From: an uncultured Chloroflexia bacterium
Lineage (GTDB): Bacteria; Chloroflexota; Limnocylindria; Limnocylindrales; CSP1-4
Length of the DNA stretch: 64,000 bases
Assembly (NCBI GenBank): GCA_963790955.1
Contig: CAWBQM010000005.1
Location: 131,409 to 195,408 of the forward strand
Direction: 5' to 3'
Part shown: positions 8,321 to 16,774 of the stretch, piece by piece
Position numbering within the stretch: position 1 is the stretch's first letter
Layout of the letters: each line of letters starts with the position of its first letter
Notes under the pieces: generated by a model
The model's input: the letters and a program-made list of their open reading frames with translations, nothing else
Databases searched by the model: none
Told to the model about the DNA's origin: nothing
Program-made: the position numbers and the translations under genes

Positions 8321-8767
8321 ATGCGCGAACGACAACGGATCTCGAAACGCCAGACGGGCGAGCCCCTCTCCGTCCGGCTCAGTCGCCCGACCGATCAGCT
8401 GGTGGCCGCCGAGGCCAGGCGGACGCATCGCTCGAAGAGCGCCGTCGTCTCCGCGTTCACCGAGGAGACGGCCCGGACGCGTCGCTTCCCGGGCATCGGC
8501 TTTCGCGGTGATGATGCGGCCCGCAGAGCGTGGGTCATCGGCTCCGGGCTCGACGTCTGGGAGATCGCCCACATGCTCGAGGACTTCGGCAGTGTCGAGC
8601 GGCTCCAGGAAGAGACGCATCTCACCGAACGACAGGTCCGGCTGGCCCTCGCGTATCGAGATGCCTACTCGGAAGAGATCGCCGACGCGATCGCCGACAA
8701 CCGACGCCCCGTCGAAGAGCTCCCCACGCTCTATCCGTTCATCGACGTCGCGCCCGACCGCCGGTAG
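8321..8767 (+). CDS. Antitoxin, RHH N-terminus fused to a DUF433 domain
   Basis: LSVRLSRPTDQLVAAEARRTHRSKSAVV is RHH-like. GIGFRGDDAARRAWVIGSGLDVWEIAHMLEDFGSVERLQEETHLTERQVRLALAY is DUF433-like. Confidence 0.7.
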   Translation: MRERQRISKRQTGEPLSVRLSRPTDQLVAAEARRTHRSKSAVVSAFTEETARTRRFPGIGFRGDDAARRAWVIGSGLDVWEIAHMLEDFGSVERLQEETHLTERQVRLALAYRDAYSEEIADAIADNRRPVEELPTLYPFIDVAPDRR

Positions 8768-8772
8768 CGCCC

Positions 8773-9123
8773 GTGCGTCTGCTGCTCGACGCCAATCTGT
8801 CGGGTCGACGCATCGCCCGCCCCCTGCGCGACGACGGCCACGACATCCTGGCGCTGAGTGAGCAGCCGGACCTCGAAGGCCTTGCCGATCCCCAGGTCTT
8901 GGCGCTGGCGGCCGCCGAGGCGCGGATCCTCGTCACGCGCAACAGTCGTGACTTCGCTCCGCTGCTGCGGGAGTGGGCGGAGCGCGGCCGGTCGCACGCT
9001 GGCTGCGTGCTCATCTGGACGCTCAGGCACAACGATTTCGGGCGGATCCTCGAGGGCGTTCGCCGCCAGCTGGGCGACCGACCGGACCAAGCGGCCTGGC
9101 GCGACGTCGCGGTCGCCCTGTAG
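8773..9123 (+). CDS. DUF5615 family PIN-like (Mut7-C-like) toxin
   Basis: GTG at 8773 in the frame of ORF 8530..9123: VRLLLDANLSGRRIARPLRDDGHDILAL...ARILVTRNSRDF. This family is the usual partner of DUF433 antitoxins. Confidence 0.7.
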   Translation: MRLLLDANLSGRRIARPLRDDGHDILALSEQPDLEGLADPQVLALAAAEARILVTRNSRDFAPLLREWAERGRSHAGCVLIWTLRHNDFGRILEGVRRQLGDRPDQAAWRDVAVAL

Positions 9124-9354
9124 CCACGCCGGCCCTCGGCGGCGAGCCCAGGATCAGGCCGCTCCGGCGGCCATCTCCATTGACTTGGTCAGGCTGCTCG
9201 ACCTCGCGGCAGTGGTGCGGTTCGGATCGGTGCTCCTATCGCGAGCTGGGCGCTGATGCTCGCCGTCGTGGCCGTGGGCTGGCCTGTGGGCGTTCAGCAG
9301 GGAGGATCTCTAGCAATTGGCCGACCCTGCGCGAGTTGGTCTGCGTCTCGCTGT

Positions 9355-9560
9355 TCGTCCCGCCATTCGCCGCGCGTGCGTCCCGTGCGCCCCGCCATTC
9401 ACTCCGCCATTTCGCCGGGCCAGTCATGGGGTGCATCAACGGACCGCTCGTTGGCCGTTTGATGCGGCCGGTGACTCGAACGGCCCAGGCCGGTGGCCGA
9501 ATGATGCGCTGGACGCATGGGATCGCGCTTCCAGCGGTCCGTTGAGTCGCCGGGCGCATA
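9355..9560 (+). repeat. Dispersed modular intergenic repeat, copy E1
   Basis: Core 9431-9560: GCATCAACGGACCGCTCGTTGGCCGTTTGATGC hairpin, GATGCGCTGGACGCATG hairpin, and terminal GGTCCGTTGAGTCGCCGGGCGCATA. The 5' extension has ccattcgcc repeats. Confidence 0.85.
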
Positions 9561-9639
9561 CGCGTCCACACCAGCCGCGAGCAAGAGCGAGAAGGAGACC
9601 ATAGAGTTCGAGGCGAAGCGGAAGCGGAGGCAGAGGCCC

Positions 9640-10101
9640 ATGCGTCTCGACTACAAGGCACGCCCCGACATCTCCGGCGCCATGGCGGCGTTGGCCGCCG
9701 CGGCACGGCGCGGCCCCCTGGAACGGGGCCTCCTCGAGCTGGTCAAGGTCAGGGCGTCGCAGATCAATGGCTGCGCGCATTGCCTCGAGATGCACACCAA
9801 GGATGCCCGCGCGCTGGGCGAGTCCGACGACCGGCTGCACCTCGTGTCGGTCTGGCGCGAAGCGCCCGTGTTCGACGATCGCGAGCGTGCCGCGCTGTTG
9901 TGGTGCGAGGAGCTGACGCTCCTGCCCGAGCGCGACGTGAGCGATGCGGTGTACGAGCGGGTCCAGGCCTGCTTCGACGAGGACGAGCTCGCCCAGCTCA
10001 CACTGACCGTCCTCGTCATCAACTCCTGGAACCGGCTCGCGGTCGGGTTCCGCGCCCCGGTCGGCACCTACGTGGCGCCCCTCCCGGCGGGGGACGAGTG
10101 A
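9640..10101 (+). CDS. Carboxymuconolactone decarboxylase family protein (AhpD-like, CxxC)
   Basis: The ATG at 9640 follows GGAGG. VKVRASQINGCAHCLEMHTKDARALGE is the AhpD-like core. Confidence 0.8.
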   Translation: MRLDYKARPDISGAMAALAAAARRGPLERGLLELVKVRASQINGCAHCLEMHTKDARALGESDDRLHLVSVWREAPVFDDRERAALLWCEELTLLPERDVSDAVYERVQACFDEDELAQLTLTVLVINSWNRLAVGFRAPVGTYVAPLPAGDE

Positions 10102-10105
10102 GCCG

Positions 10106-10894
10106 ATGACCGGGACCGCCACCGACCGCGCCACGCTCGCGGCCCGGGCCCAGACGCTGCTCGGCGCCCATCACGCTCCCGCGCCGCTCGTCCTGGCAAA
10201 CGTGTGGGACGTCGCGAGCGCCCGAGCGGTTGAGCAGGCCGGCTTCACGGCGGTCGCCACGTCGAGCCATGCGGTCGCCGGCGCGCTCGGCGAAGGCGAT
10301 GACGACAGCGCCGACGCCGAGACGATCTTCCTGTTCCTGGCCCGGATCGCTCGCTCCGTGCGCCTGCCGGTGACCGCGGATCTCGAGGCTGGTCACCGTC
10401 TCGGACCGGACGAGCTGGTTGCCCGCATGCTCGGCGCGGGCATCGTCGGCTGCAACCTCGAGGATACCGACCACCACGGTCCGGACGTCCTGGTCGAGGC
10501 CGAGCGCCAGGCGGCATTCCTGGCCGCTGTCCGGGCAGCGGCGGATCGGGCCGGGGTCCACGTGGTGATCAACGCCCGCATCGACACGTTCATCCGGCAC
10601 GCCGGCCACGAGCGGGCGCAGCTCGACGAGGCGATCCGGCGCGGCAGGCGCTACTTCGAGGCGGGGGTCGACTGTGTCTACCCGATCACCCTGAGCGAGC
10701 CGTCCGGGATCAGGTCGATGGTCGAGGCCATGCCCGGTCCGGTGAACGTCCTGGCGCGTCCGAACGGCCTATCGATCGAGGAGCTCGGGCGGCTCGGCGT
10801 CCGGCGGATCAGCTTCGGCGCGGGCCTGCACGCCCTGGCGATGGAAGCCTTCCGGTCGGCGCTCGCCGGGATCGCCGGCCGCGGGAGCGCATAG
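10106..10894 (+). CDS. Isocitrate lyase/PEP mutase family protein
   Basis: LVLANVWDVASARAVEQAGFTAVATSS...LPVTADLEAG...GCNLEDT is the typical PEP mutase/ICL superfamily pattern. Confidence 0.8.
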   Translation: MTGTATDRATLAARAQTLLGAHHAPAPLVLANVWDVASARAVEQAGFTAVATSSHAVAGALGEGDDDSADAETIFLFLARIARSVRLPVTADLEAGHRLGPDELVARMLGAGIVGCNLEDTDHHGPDVLVEAERQAAFLAAVRAAADRAGVHVVINARIDTFIRHAGHERAQLDEAIRRGRRYFEAGVDCVYPITLSEPSGIRSMVEAMPGPVNVLARPNGLSIEELGRLGVRRISFGAGLHALAMEAFRSALAGIAGRGSA

Positions 10895-10937
10895 GCTCGG
10901 CCGAGGGCACGTCCACGACGAGCGTGACTCGGGAGGC

Positions 10938-12338
10938 TTGGTCTATGAGCCAACGATGACGACCGACCCGCGCCGTTCGCCGGTGGACCGGCTCCTGGGC
11001 CCCGAACGGGCGGCCGAGCTCACGCCCGTCATCCGCCGGCTGCTGACGGTCCGGCTGCTGCGCTCGCTGGCCCAGGGCACGCTCGTCGTCGACTTCGCGC
11101 TGTACCTGCATGCCCTCGGCTGGAGTGGCGCTGCGATCGGCCTCGTGCTCGCCGGGGCGGGTCTCGCGAACACCGCTTTCGCGGTCGTCATTGGACCCCT
11201 GAGCGATCGCATCGGGCGTCGTCGGCTGCTGGTGGCGTATCAGGGCATCGCGCTCGTGACGTCGGCCGTGGCGCTCGTGTCGGCGGAGCCGCTGCTCCTC
11301 GTCCCGGCGGCGATCCTCGGTGGCTTCGGGCGGGGCGCGAACGGCACCGCCGGCGGCTTCTCGCCGGCCGAGCAGGCATGGCTGGCCGAGAGCTCCCAAC
11401 CGGCCGCTCGGCCCTGGCTGTTCGGGCTGAACAACGCGTTGGGCTTCGGCGGCATGGGCATCGGTGCCGCCATCGGCGCGGCGCCCGCCCTGCTGTCGAC
11501 ATGGCTGCCCGGCCCGCTCGCGTACCGGCCATTGTTCGCCTTCGGCGTGCTCATCGCCATCGCCGGCGGGCTCATCCTGGCCGGGACCGAGGAGCGCTAT
11601 CGGCCGACGCGATCCACCGCCGCGGAACGCTTCGAGGCACGGGACGTTCAGCGTCACGAGAACCGGCTGCTCCTCGCGCTCTCGGCGATCAATGCCGTCG
11701 GTGGGGCCTCGATCGGCCTCACCGGGCCGCTCATCTCGTACTGGTTCGCGGTCCGGTTCGGGCTGGGCCCGGAGGCGATCGCGCCGGTGCTCGCGGCGAG
11801 CTTCCTCCTCACCGGGCTGGCCTCGCTCGCGGCCGGCCGGATCGCCGAGACCACGGGCGTCATCCGCGCCGTGGTCGTTACCCGTGGGCTCGGGCTCGTG
11901 TGCCTGCTGGCGATCCCGATCGCCCCGTCGTACCCGCTGGCGGCCGCGGCCTTTGCCGGACGACAGGTCCTCAGTCGTGGCTCGGCCGGTCCCCGCCAGG
12001 CCCTGCTCGTCGGGCTCGTCCGTGAACAGCGCCGGGGCATGGCCGTCAGCGTCAGCAACGCGTCGGTCCAGCTGCCCGCGTCGCTCGGGCCGGCGGTGGC
12101 CGGCCCACTCATCGACTCGGGTCTGCTCTACCTGCCGTTCTACCTCGCCGCCGTGCTCCAGGCGGTCTTCGTGGCCGGCTACGCGCGCCTGCTGCTGCCG
12201 TACGAGCCGCCGCGGCGCGCGCGGGGCGTCGTCGCGTCAGGTGGCCGGGTCGAGCCGCAGATCGCGCGCGACGAGGTGGATCCGTCGGAGGGCGCGAACG
12301 TGCTGGACGCCCAGGCCGCGCTCGACGACGAGGCCTGA
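10938..12338 (+). CDS. MFS transporter
   Basis: 466-aa ORF with about 12 hydrophobic segments and the loop motif GPLSDRIGRRRLL. The start is uncertain (10938 or 10956). Confidence 0.8.
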   Translation: MVYEPTMTTDPRRSPVDRLLGPERAAELTPVIRRLLTVRLLRSLAQGTLVVDFALYLHALGWSGAAIGLVLAGAGLANTAFAVVIGPLSDRIGRRRLLVAYQGIALVTSAVALVSAEPLLLVPAAILGGFGRGANGTAGGFSPAEQAWLAESSQPAARPWLFGLNNALGFGGMGIGAAIGAAPALLSTWLPGPLAYRPLFAFGVLIAIAGGLILAGTEERYRPTRSTAAERFEARDVQRHENRLLLALSAINAVGGASIGLTGPLISYWFAVRFGLGPEAIAPVLAASFLLTGLASLAAGRIAETTGVIRAVVVTRGLGLVCLLAIPIAPSYPLAAAAFAGRQVLSRGSAGPRQALLVGLVREQRRGMAVSVSNASVQLPASLGPAVAGPLIDSGLLYLPFYLAAVLQAVFVAGYARLLLPYEPPRRARGVVASGGRVEPQIARDEVDPSEGANVLDAQAALDDEA

Positions 12339-12339
12339 C

Positions 12340-12515
12340 CGCGCGCCGCGCAATTCGCCGCGCGGTTCGCCGCGCCATTCACGGGGCGCATCAACGGACC
12401 GCTCGTTGGCCGTTTGATGCACCCGGTGGCTCGAACCGCACTGGCTGGTGGCCGAACGATGCGCTGGACGCATGGGATCGCGCTTCGGACGGTCCGTTGA
12501 GTCGCTCGATGCATA
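12340..12515 (+). repeat. Dispersed modular intergenic repeat, copy E2
   Basis: By eye about 85-90% identical to the E1 core over roughly 130 nt. It overlaps the 3' end of the minus-strand oxidoreductase gene. Confidence 0.85.
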
Positions 12516-13641
12516 TGGGGCGGAGCTGCCCCGTGGCGCCCCGCGCCTCCATGTCGTGGCGCGCCCGCCGGCCGGCCAGGCGGGTGGCGATGCCGTCCAC
12601 GACCTCGGCCGCGTCGGCGCCCACGCCAAGGACCAGCGGCGACACGAAGCCGGTCTGGAACGGCAGCCCGACGAACGACAGCCCGGGCTCGCTCAGGACG
12701 ACGCCCCGCCGGTGTCGTGGCAGGCCGCTCGGCTCGAGCACCGGCAGGTGGATCCAGTCGTACGCGGGGCGGAACCCGGTGCACCAGACGACCGAGTCCG
12801 GCTCGAGCATCCGTCCGTCGGCGAGGACCGGCCGGCCATCGCGCGCGCCCTCGACCCGGGCCACTCGGTCGACGCCCGCGCTGTCCAGGTCGGACCGCCG
12901 GACGCGGATCACCGGGGCCGAGCCGTGCTCGCCCATGCGCTCGCGCATCCCGCGCCCGATCGGCGTATCGAGCGTCAGGACCCGCTTCGCGAACGCGAAG
13001 AACGGGCGCCCGTTCCCGATGCGGGCGATGCGCGGGAGGAACGTGCTCTTCCCGGCGAGGCTGACCCGACGATCGGCGCGGGCCAGCTCGAGAGCGATCT
13101 CCACGCCCGAGTTGCCGCCACCCACGACGAGAACCGAGGTGCCGGGCACCGATCCCGGGTCCCGGTAGGCGGCGCTGTGGAGCTGCCGGATGCCCGGGTC
13201 GAGCCTGGCGGCGAACGGTGGCACGAAGGGGGCGGACAGGAACCCGGTGCTCACGACGACCTCGCTCGCCGCGTAGCGTCGATCTCCGGCCACGAGGACG
13301 AACCCGCCCTCGGACCGCTCGAGGCTGTCAACCCGGACGCCATGCTCGATCGGGGCGTGGTTGCGTGCGGCGTACTCGGCCAGGTAGTCGGCCATCTGGT
13401 CCCTGGTCGGCAGGGCCGCCGCGGGAAGCGGGAACGGCATCCCGGGCAGCCCGTCGATCCCGGCCGGCGTGAACAGACGCAGGGAGTCCCAGCGCTCGCG
13501 CCAGGCGTCGCCCACCCGGGCGCCGGCATCGAGCACGACGTGCTCGACCCCCATCCGGGTCAGGTGGTGGGACGTCGCGAGGCCCGCCTGTCCGCCCCCG
13601 ACCACGACCACGTCATGACGCGCGGGCACCGAAGACACCAT
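12391..13641 (-). CDS. FAD/NAD(P)-binding oxidoreductase (flavin-containing monooxygenase-like)
   Basis: The start is taken at MVSSVPARHDVVVVGGGQAGLATS (dinucleotide-binding motif), with a second GGGNSG motif. The N-terminal 56 aa of ORF 12391..13809 are discarded. The stop lies inside repeat E2. Confidence 0.75.
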   Translation of the reverse strand: MVSSVPARHDVVVVGGGQAGLATSHHLTRMGVEHVVLDAGARVGDAWRERWDSLRLFTPAGIDGLPGMPFPLPAAALPTRDQMADYLAEYAARNHAPIEHGVRVDSLERSEGGFVLVAGDRRYAASEVVVSTGFLSAPFVPPFAARLDPGIRQLHSAAYRDPGSVPGTSVLVVGGGNSGVEIALELARADRRVSLAGKSTFLPRIARIGNGRPFFAFAKRVLTLDTPIGRGMRERMGEHGSAPVIRVRRSDLDSAGVDRVARVEGARDGRPVLADGRMLEPDSVVWCTGFRPAYDWIHLPVLEPSGLPRHRRGVVLSEPGLSFVGLPFQTGFVSPLVLGVGADAAEVVDGIATRLAGRRARHDMEARGATGQLRPICIERLNGPSEARSHASSASFGHQPVRFEPPGASNGQRAVR

Positions 13642-13642
13642 C

Positions 13643-14128
13643 TCAGTTGGCCTCCATGGTCGTTGCGGTATGGTCGGTCGACGCGCCGCCGGCATCGGGC
13701 CCGGCGAGCCCCGGGCCGTAGCCCAGCTGCACGAGCATCCCGAGCTGGTCAGCCACGCCCCAGTGCTCGGCGACGCGTCCGTCCTCGATGCGCGCCAGGT
13801 CGAACACATCGACCACCACGCGCTTGCCGGTCGGCGCGAGGCCGTTGACCGGCCCGGTGCTCGTGCCGGCGACCCGTATTCGCAGCCACACGCGATCGCC
13901 CACGACGGTCAGGTCCTCGATCGCGAACTCGAGATCGGACAGCCAGCCATGAAGCCTGGACACGAACTCGTAGACGCCCGCGACACCCTGCCCGTGGCCG
14001 CGCTGGTGCTCGATGCAATCCGGGGCGACAAGCTCGTCGATGATGGACCGATCGTTGCGGGCGAACCCCTCCTCGATCAGCCGGTGCATGCGGCCTGCCA
14101 CGTCGGGGCTGGTCGGCGATTTGAGCAT
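13643..14128 (-). CDS. SnoaL-like/ester cyclase (NTF2-like fold) protein
   Basis: IIDELVAPDCIEHQ...DLTVVGDRVWLRIRVAGT...DVFDLARIEDGRVAEHWGV is the typical pattern. Confidence 0.75.
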   Translation of the reverse strand: MLKSPTSPDVAGRMHRLIEEGFARNDRSIIDELVAPDCIEHQRGHGQGVAGVYEFVSRLHGWLSDLEFAIEDLTVVGDRVWLRIRVAGTSTGPVNGLAPTGKRVVVDVFDLARIEDGRVAEHWGVADQLGMLVQLGYGPGLAGPDAGGASTDHTATTMEAN

Positions 14129-14161
14129 TTCGCACCCATCTTGAAGTCGACATCCAATCGG

Positions 14162-14176
14162 TAGAGTGTCACTCTA
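14162..14176. promoter_or_regulatory. Perfect 7-1-7 palindrome TAGAGTGTCACTCTA, candidate TetR operator in a divergent promoter region
   Basis: It lies between the divergent SnoaL-like (start 14128) and TetR (start 14202) genes. TACTAT at 14190-14195 sits 6 nt before the ATG, which suggests a leaderless TetR mRNA. Confidence 0.5.
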
Positions 14177-14201
14177 TCCGCTAGTTCTGTACTATAGCGA
14201 G

Positions 14202-14909
14202 ATGTCCGAGGCTGTCAACCCGAGACCGAGCCTGCGCGCTGAGCAGGCCGCCGTCACACGCCGCCGCATCGCGGACGCCGCGCGTCTGCTGTTCGTGCGC
14301 GATGGCTACGGCGCCACCACGCTCCAGTCGATCGCGGACGAGGCCGGGGTCGCAGTGCAGACGGTGTATGCCGTCTATCGCTCCAAGGCCGGGATCCTGC
14401 GCGAGCTGCGCGACGGGATCGTGTTCCTGCCGGACGCCGATGAGCGTTTTCGCGAGGCACTGGCATCCGCGGCGGCCGGCGACCCGGGTGCCGCCCTCGA
14501 CTCGTTCGCCCGGTCGATTCGTGTCCGCTGGGAGATCGGCGCCGACGTCGTCCTGGTCACTCGGGACGCCGGCTCGACCGATCCCGAGCTGCGCGACGAG
14601 GCGAACAAGCCGTACGAGCGACGACGCGACGGCTTGCGCACCCTGGTCGACGCCCTGCGCCGAGGTTTACGCCAGGGCCTGGAAGGCGAAGACGCGATCG
14701 GCGCGCTCGATGCCCTGACGCTGCCCGACGTGTACGTCGAGTTGGTCCGCGGGCTGGGCTGGTCGGCCGATGCCTACGAGGCCTGGCTCGCGCGCTCGCT
14801 GCGCCGATTGCTGCTCGCGGTCGAGATGCCGAGCCAAGAGAGGGCCGTGGTTGGAAGCCCTGCTGGGCAGGGGGTTGGCGGCGATCGAGGTCGAGGGGCC
14901 CGAGGTTGA
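14202..14909 (+). CDS. TetR/AcrR family transcriptional regulator
   Basis: RRRIADAARLLFVRDGYGATTLQSIADEAGVAVQTVYAVYRSKAGIL is the TetR HTH. The C-terminal roughly 30 aa run into the PIN remnant and may not be native. Confidence 0.8.
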   Translation: MSEAVNPRPSLRAEQAAVTRRRIADAARLLFVRDGYGATTLQSIADEAGVAVQTVYAVYRSKAGILRELRDGIVFLPDADERFREALASAAAGDPGAALDSFARSIRVRWEIGADVVLVTRDAGSTDPELRDEANKPYERRRDGLRTLVDALRRGLRQGLEGEDAIGALDALTLPDVYVELVRGLGWSADAYEAWLARSLRRLLLAVEMPSQERAVVGSPAGQGVGGDRGRGARG

Positions 14910-15094
14910 TGATTGGCCGCGGATGGCCGCGCTCGTCGAGAAGTACGGCGACTTCCCACTCCGGTGGGACGGACGCCTCGGTTGCCGTCCTGGCCGATCG
15001 GCTGGGTAGCGACACGATCGTCACGCTCGATCGACGCCATTTCGGAGCCCTTCGCTCGCCGAGCGGCCGCCCGCACCGACTGCTGCCGGACTAG
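14848..15094 (+). pseudogene. PIN-domain (VapC-like) toxin remnant, C-terminal half only, frameshifted
   Basis: LLGRGLAAIEVEGPEVDDWPRMAALVEKYGDFPL is in frame 1, and TDASVAVLADRLGSDTIVTLDRRHFGALR...LLPD is in frame 2. No N-terminal PIN half is present. Confidence 0.55.
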
Positions 15095-15134
15095 CGGCGG
15101 CGAGCCAGTCGTTGGGCCGCCGGTGGGCCGTCGG

Positions 15135-15318
15135 GCCATGCGCCGCCCGGGCCGTCAAGGGCATGCGCCGCACGGCCGCCATGCGTCCCACGCATCAACG
15201 GACCAGCACGAGCGCCACCTCATGCACCGGACGCATGAGGCGGCCATTGAGCGTCCGAGATATGCACCGGGCGCATCGGATCGCGACTGCGAGCGTCCGT
15301 TGAGTCGCTAGGTGCATA
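15135..15318 (+). repeat. Dispersed modular intergenic repeat, copy E3
   Basis: Contains CACGCATCAACGGACC, several ATGC...GCAT hairpin units, and the terminal CGTCCGTTGAGTCGCTAGGTGCATA. Confidence 0.8.
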
Positions 15319-15349
15319 TACCGACGGCAACGCGGACGGGGCCGGCCCC

Positions 15350-15865
15350 TCAACAGTCGAACGCGAACCAGCACAGCTCGTTGCGCAGCCGCTCGTCGTC
15401 GAGCACGAGGTCCCGGATCTCGTCGGGCAGCTGGTCGCGCTGCCACCGGCACTCCGAGCGGCCGGCCGCCTGGCCCTCGTCATCGGGCGCGGCCGCTCGC
15501 GCCGCCCTGATCGCGTAGGCCGCGGCACCGAGCTCGTGAGCTGCCACATGGCCGACCGCGGCGGCCTGGCCGGCAGCGTAGGCGGCGTGGCGTGCTGCCC
15601 CGCGCAGGTCTCTTGCCGCGGCGTTTGCATGGCCGGCGGCGGTGCGCGCCGCTGCCCACCTGACCTCGCCCCGTGCCCAGGCGCGCCCGAGCTCGATCGC
15701 CCGACGCGGACGGTCGTCGCCAGGCCGGGCCTGCTCGAAGTGATGCAGCACGTGCTGCGCGCAGTCGGCGGCCCATACCGCGAGCAGGTGGTGGTCCCGG
15801 TCCTCGAGGCTGCCACCGCGTCGCACAGTGATGAACCTGGGATCGCGGGCCTTGGGCAGAATCAC
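15350..15865 (-). CDS. Ala-rich helical-repeat protein resembling the family labelled 'putative immunity protein' (Imm-5-like)
   Basis: 171 aa with no signal peptide: HHLLAVWAADCAQHVLHHFEQARPGDDRPRRAIELGRAWARGE...AAYAAGQAAAVGH. It lies 9 nt downstream of the nuclease gene. Confidence 0.5.
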   Translation of the reverse strand: MILPKARDPRFITVRRGGSLEDRDHHLLAVWAADCAQHVLHHFEQARPGDDRPRRAIELGRAWARGEVRWAAARTAAGHANAAARDLRGAARHAAYAAGQAAAVGHVAAHELGAAAYAIRAARAAAPDDEGQAAGRSECRWQRDQLPDEIRDLVLDDERLRNELCWFAFDC

Positions 15866-15874
15866 CTCATCGGC

Positions 15875-16774
15875 CTATTCGCAGCCCATGCCGTCGTGAT
15901 CGCCGTCGAGGCGGTAGTCGTCGGGGCCGATGACGTGGACGGGCGCCTTGCCCATGGCGCGCACATCGGGGCAGTTGAGGTCGTCGACGATCGGCAGGCA
16001 CGGCGTGTACGACGGGTGGCAGCTCGAGGGCTTGGCGGTCGAGGTAGTCGTTGGCCCCGGCGTCGGCTTCGCGGTGGGCGCGGTCGTGGGGGCAGGCTCG
16101 TTCCATAGACCGAGCTCGGCGTCGCGCGCCTGGCCCTGGGCCGCCAGGAACAGATCGACGTAGCGCACGTCGGGCGGGTAGGTCGCGACTTGTGCGAAGC
16201 CCTCCTGCACGAGCGCGAGGTTGACCATGGTCCAGCCCGACGTGGCGGCCGAGTCGGCCAGCCACACGTAGCGCAGCAGGCGTCCGTAACGGTCGGTCTC
16301 GGACACGTCGCTGCTCGAGCAACACGGTTCGGCCCTCGACGAGGGCCTTGTTCGCGGCGCTCGCTTCGGGGCCCATCGGCTGCACGGGCCGGCTCGGATC
16401 GACGGTCTCGGGCGTGTCCATGCCGATGTAGCGCAGCTTCTCGTGGCCGATGCCCGCGATCGACGTAGGATCGTGTCGCCGTCGACGACCCGCACGACAA
16501 GGGCCTCCTCGGTCGCACCGATCGGTGCGGCGCCGAAGGAGGGCTCGACGGCGGGCGAGGGGCTCCGCGTCGGGCTCGCGGCGAGGCTCGGGCTGAGGCT
16601 CGCGGCAGCGAACGCGCTCGCGCTGGCAACCTCGATCGCGGCCGTCCGCCCGGGGATCGACGGCGGCGTCCCGGCACCCGTCGGGCCGCTGCATGCGGCC
16701 GCGAGCAGCGCGACGAAGACGAGCAGCAACGGCGCGGGGAGCCAGAGGCCCGGCAGTCGGCCACGCCGAGTCAT
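15875..16774 (-). CDS. Thermonuclease (SNase-like) lipoprotein with Excalibur-like C-terminal tail; two compensating frameshifts (near 16465 and 16315)
   Basis: The lipobox is LLAAAC. VVRVVDGDTI and DRYGRLLRYVWL are in this frame, while GHEKLRYIGMDTPETVDP...ANKALVEGRTVLLEQ is in the frame of ORF 15867..16973. The tail reads YRLDGDHDGMGCE. Confidence 0.7.
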   Translation of the reverse strand: MTRRGRLPGLWLPAPLLLVFVALLAAACSGPTGAGTPPSIPGRTAAIEVASASAFAAASLSPSLAASPTRSPSPAVEPSFGAAPIGATEEALVVRVVDGDTILRRSRASATRSCATSAWTRPRPSIRAGPCSRWAPKRAPRTRPSSRAEPCCSSSDVSETDRYGRLLRYVWLADSAATSGWTMVNLALVQEGFAQVATYPPDVRYVDLFLAAQGQARDAELGLWNEPAPTTAPTAKPTPGPTTTSTAKPSSCHPSYTPCLPIVDDLNCPDVRAMGKAPVHVIGPDDYRLDGDHDGMGCE

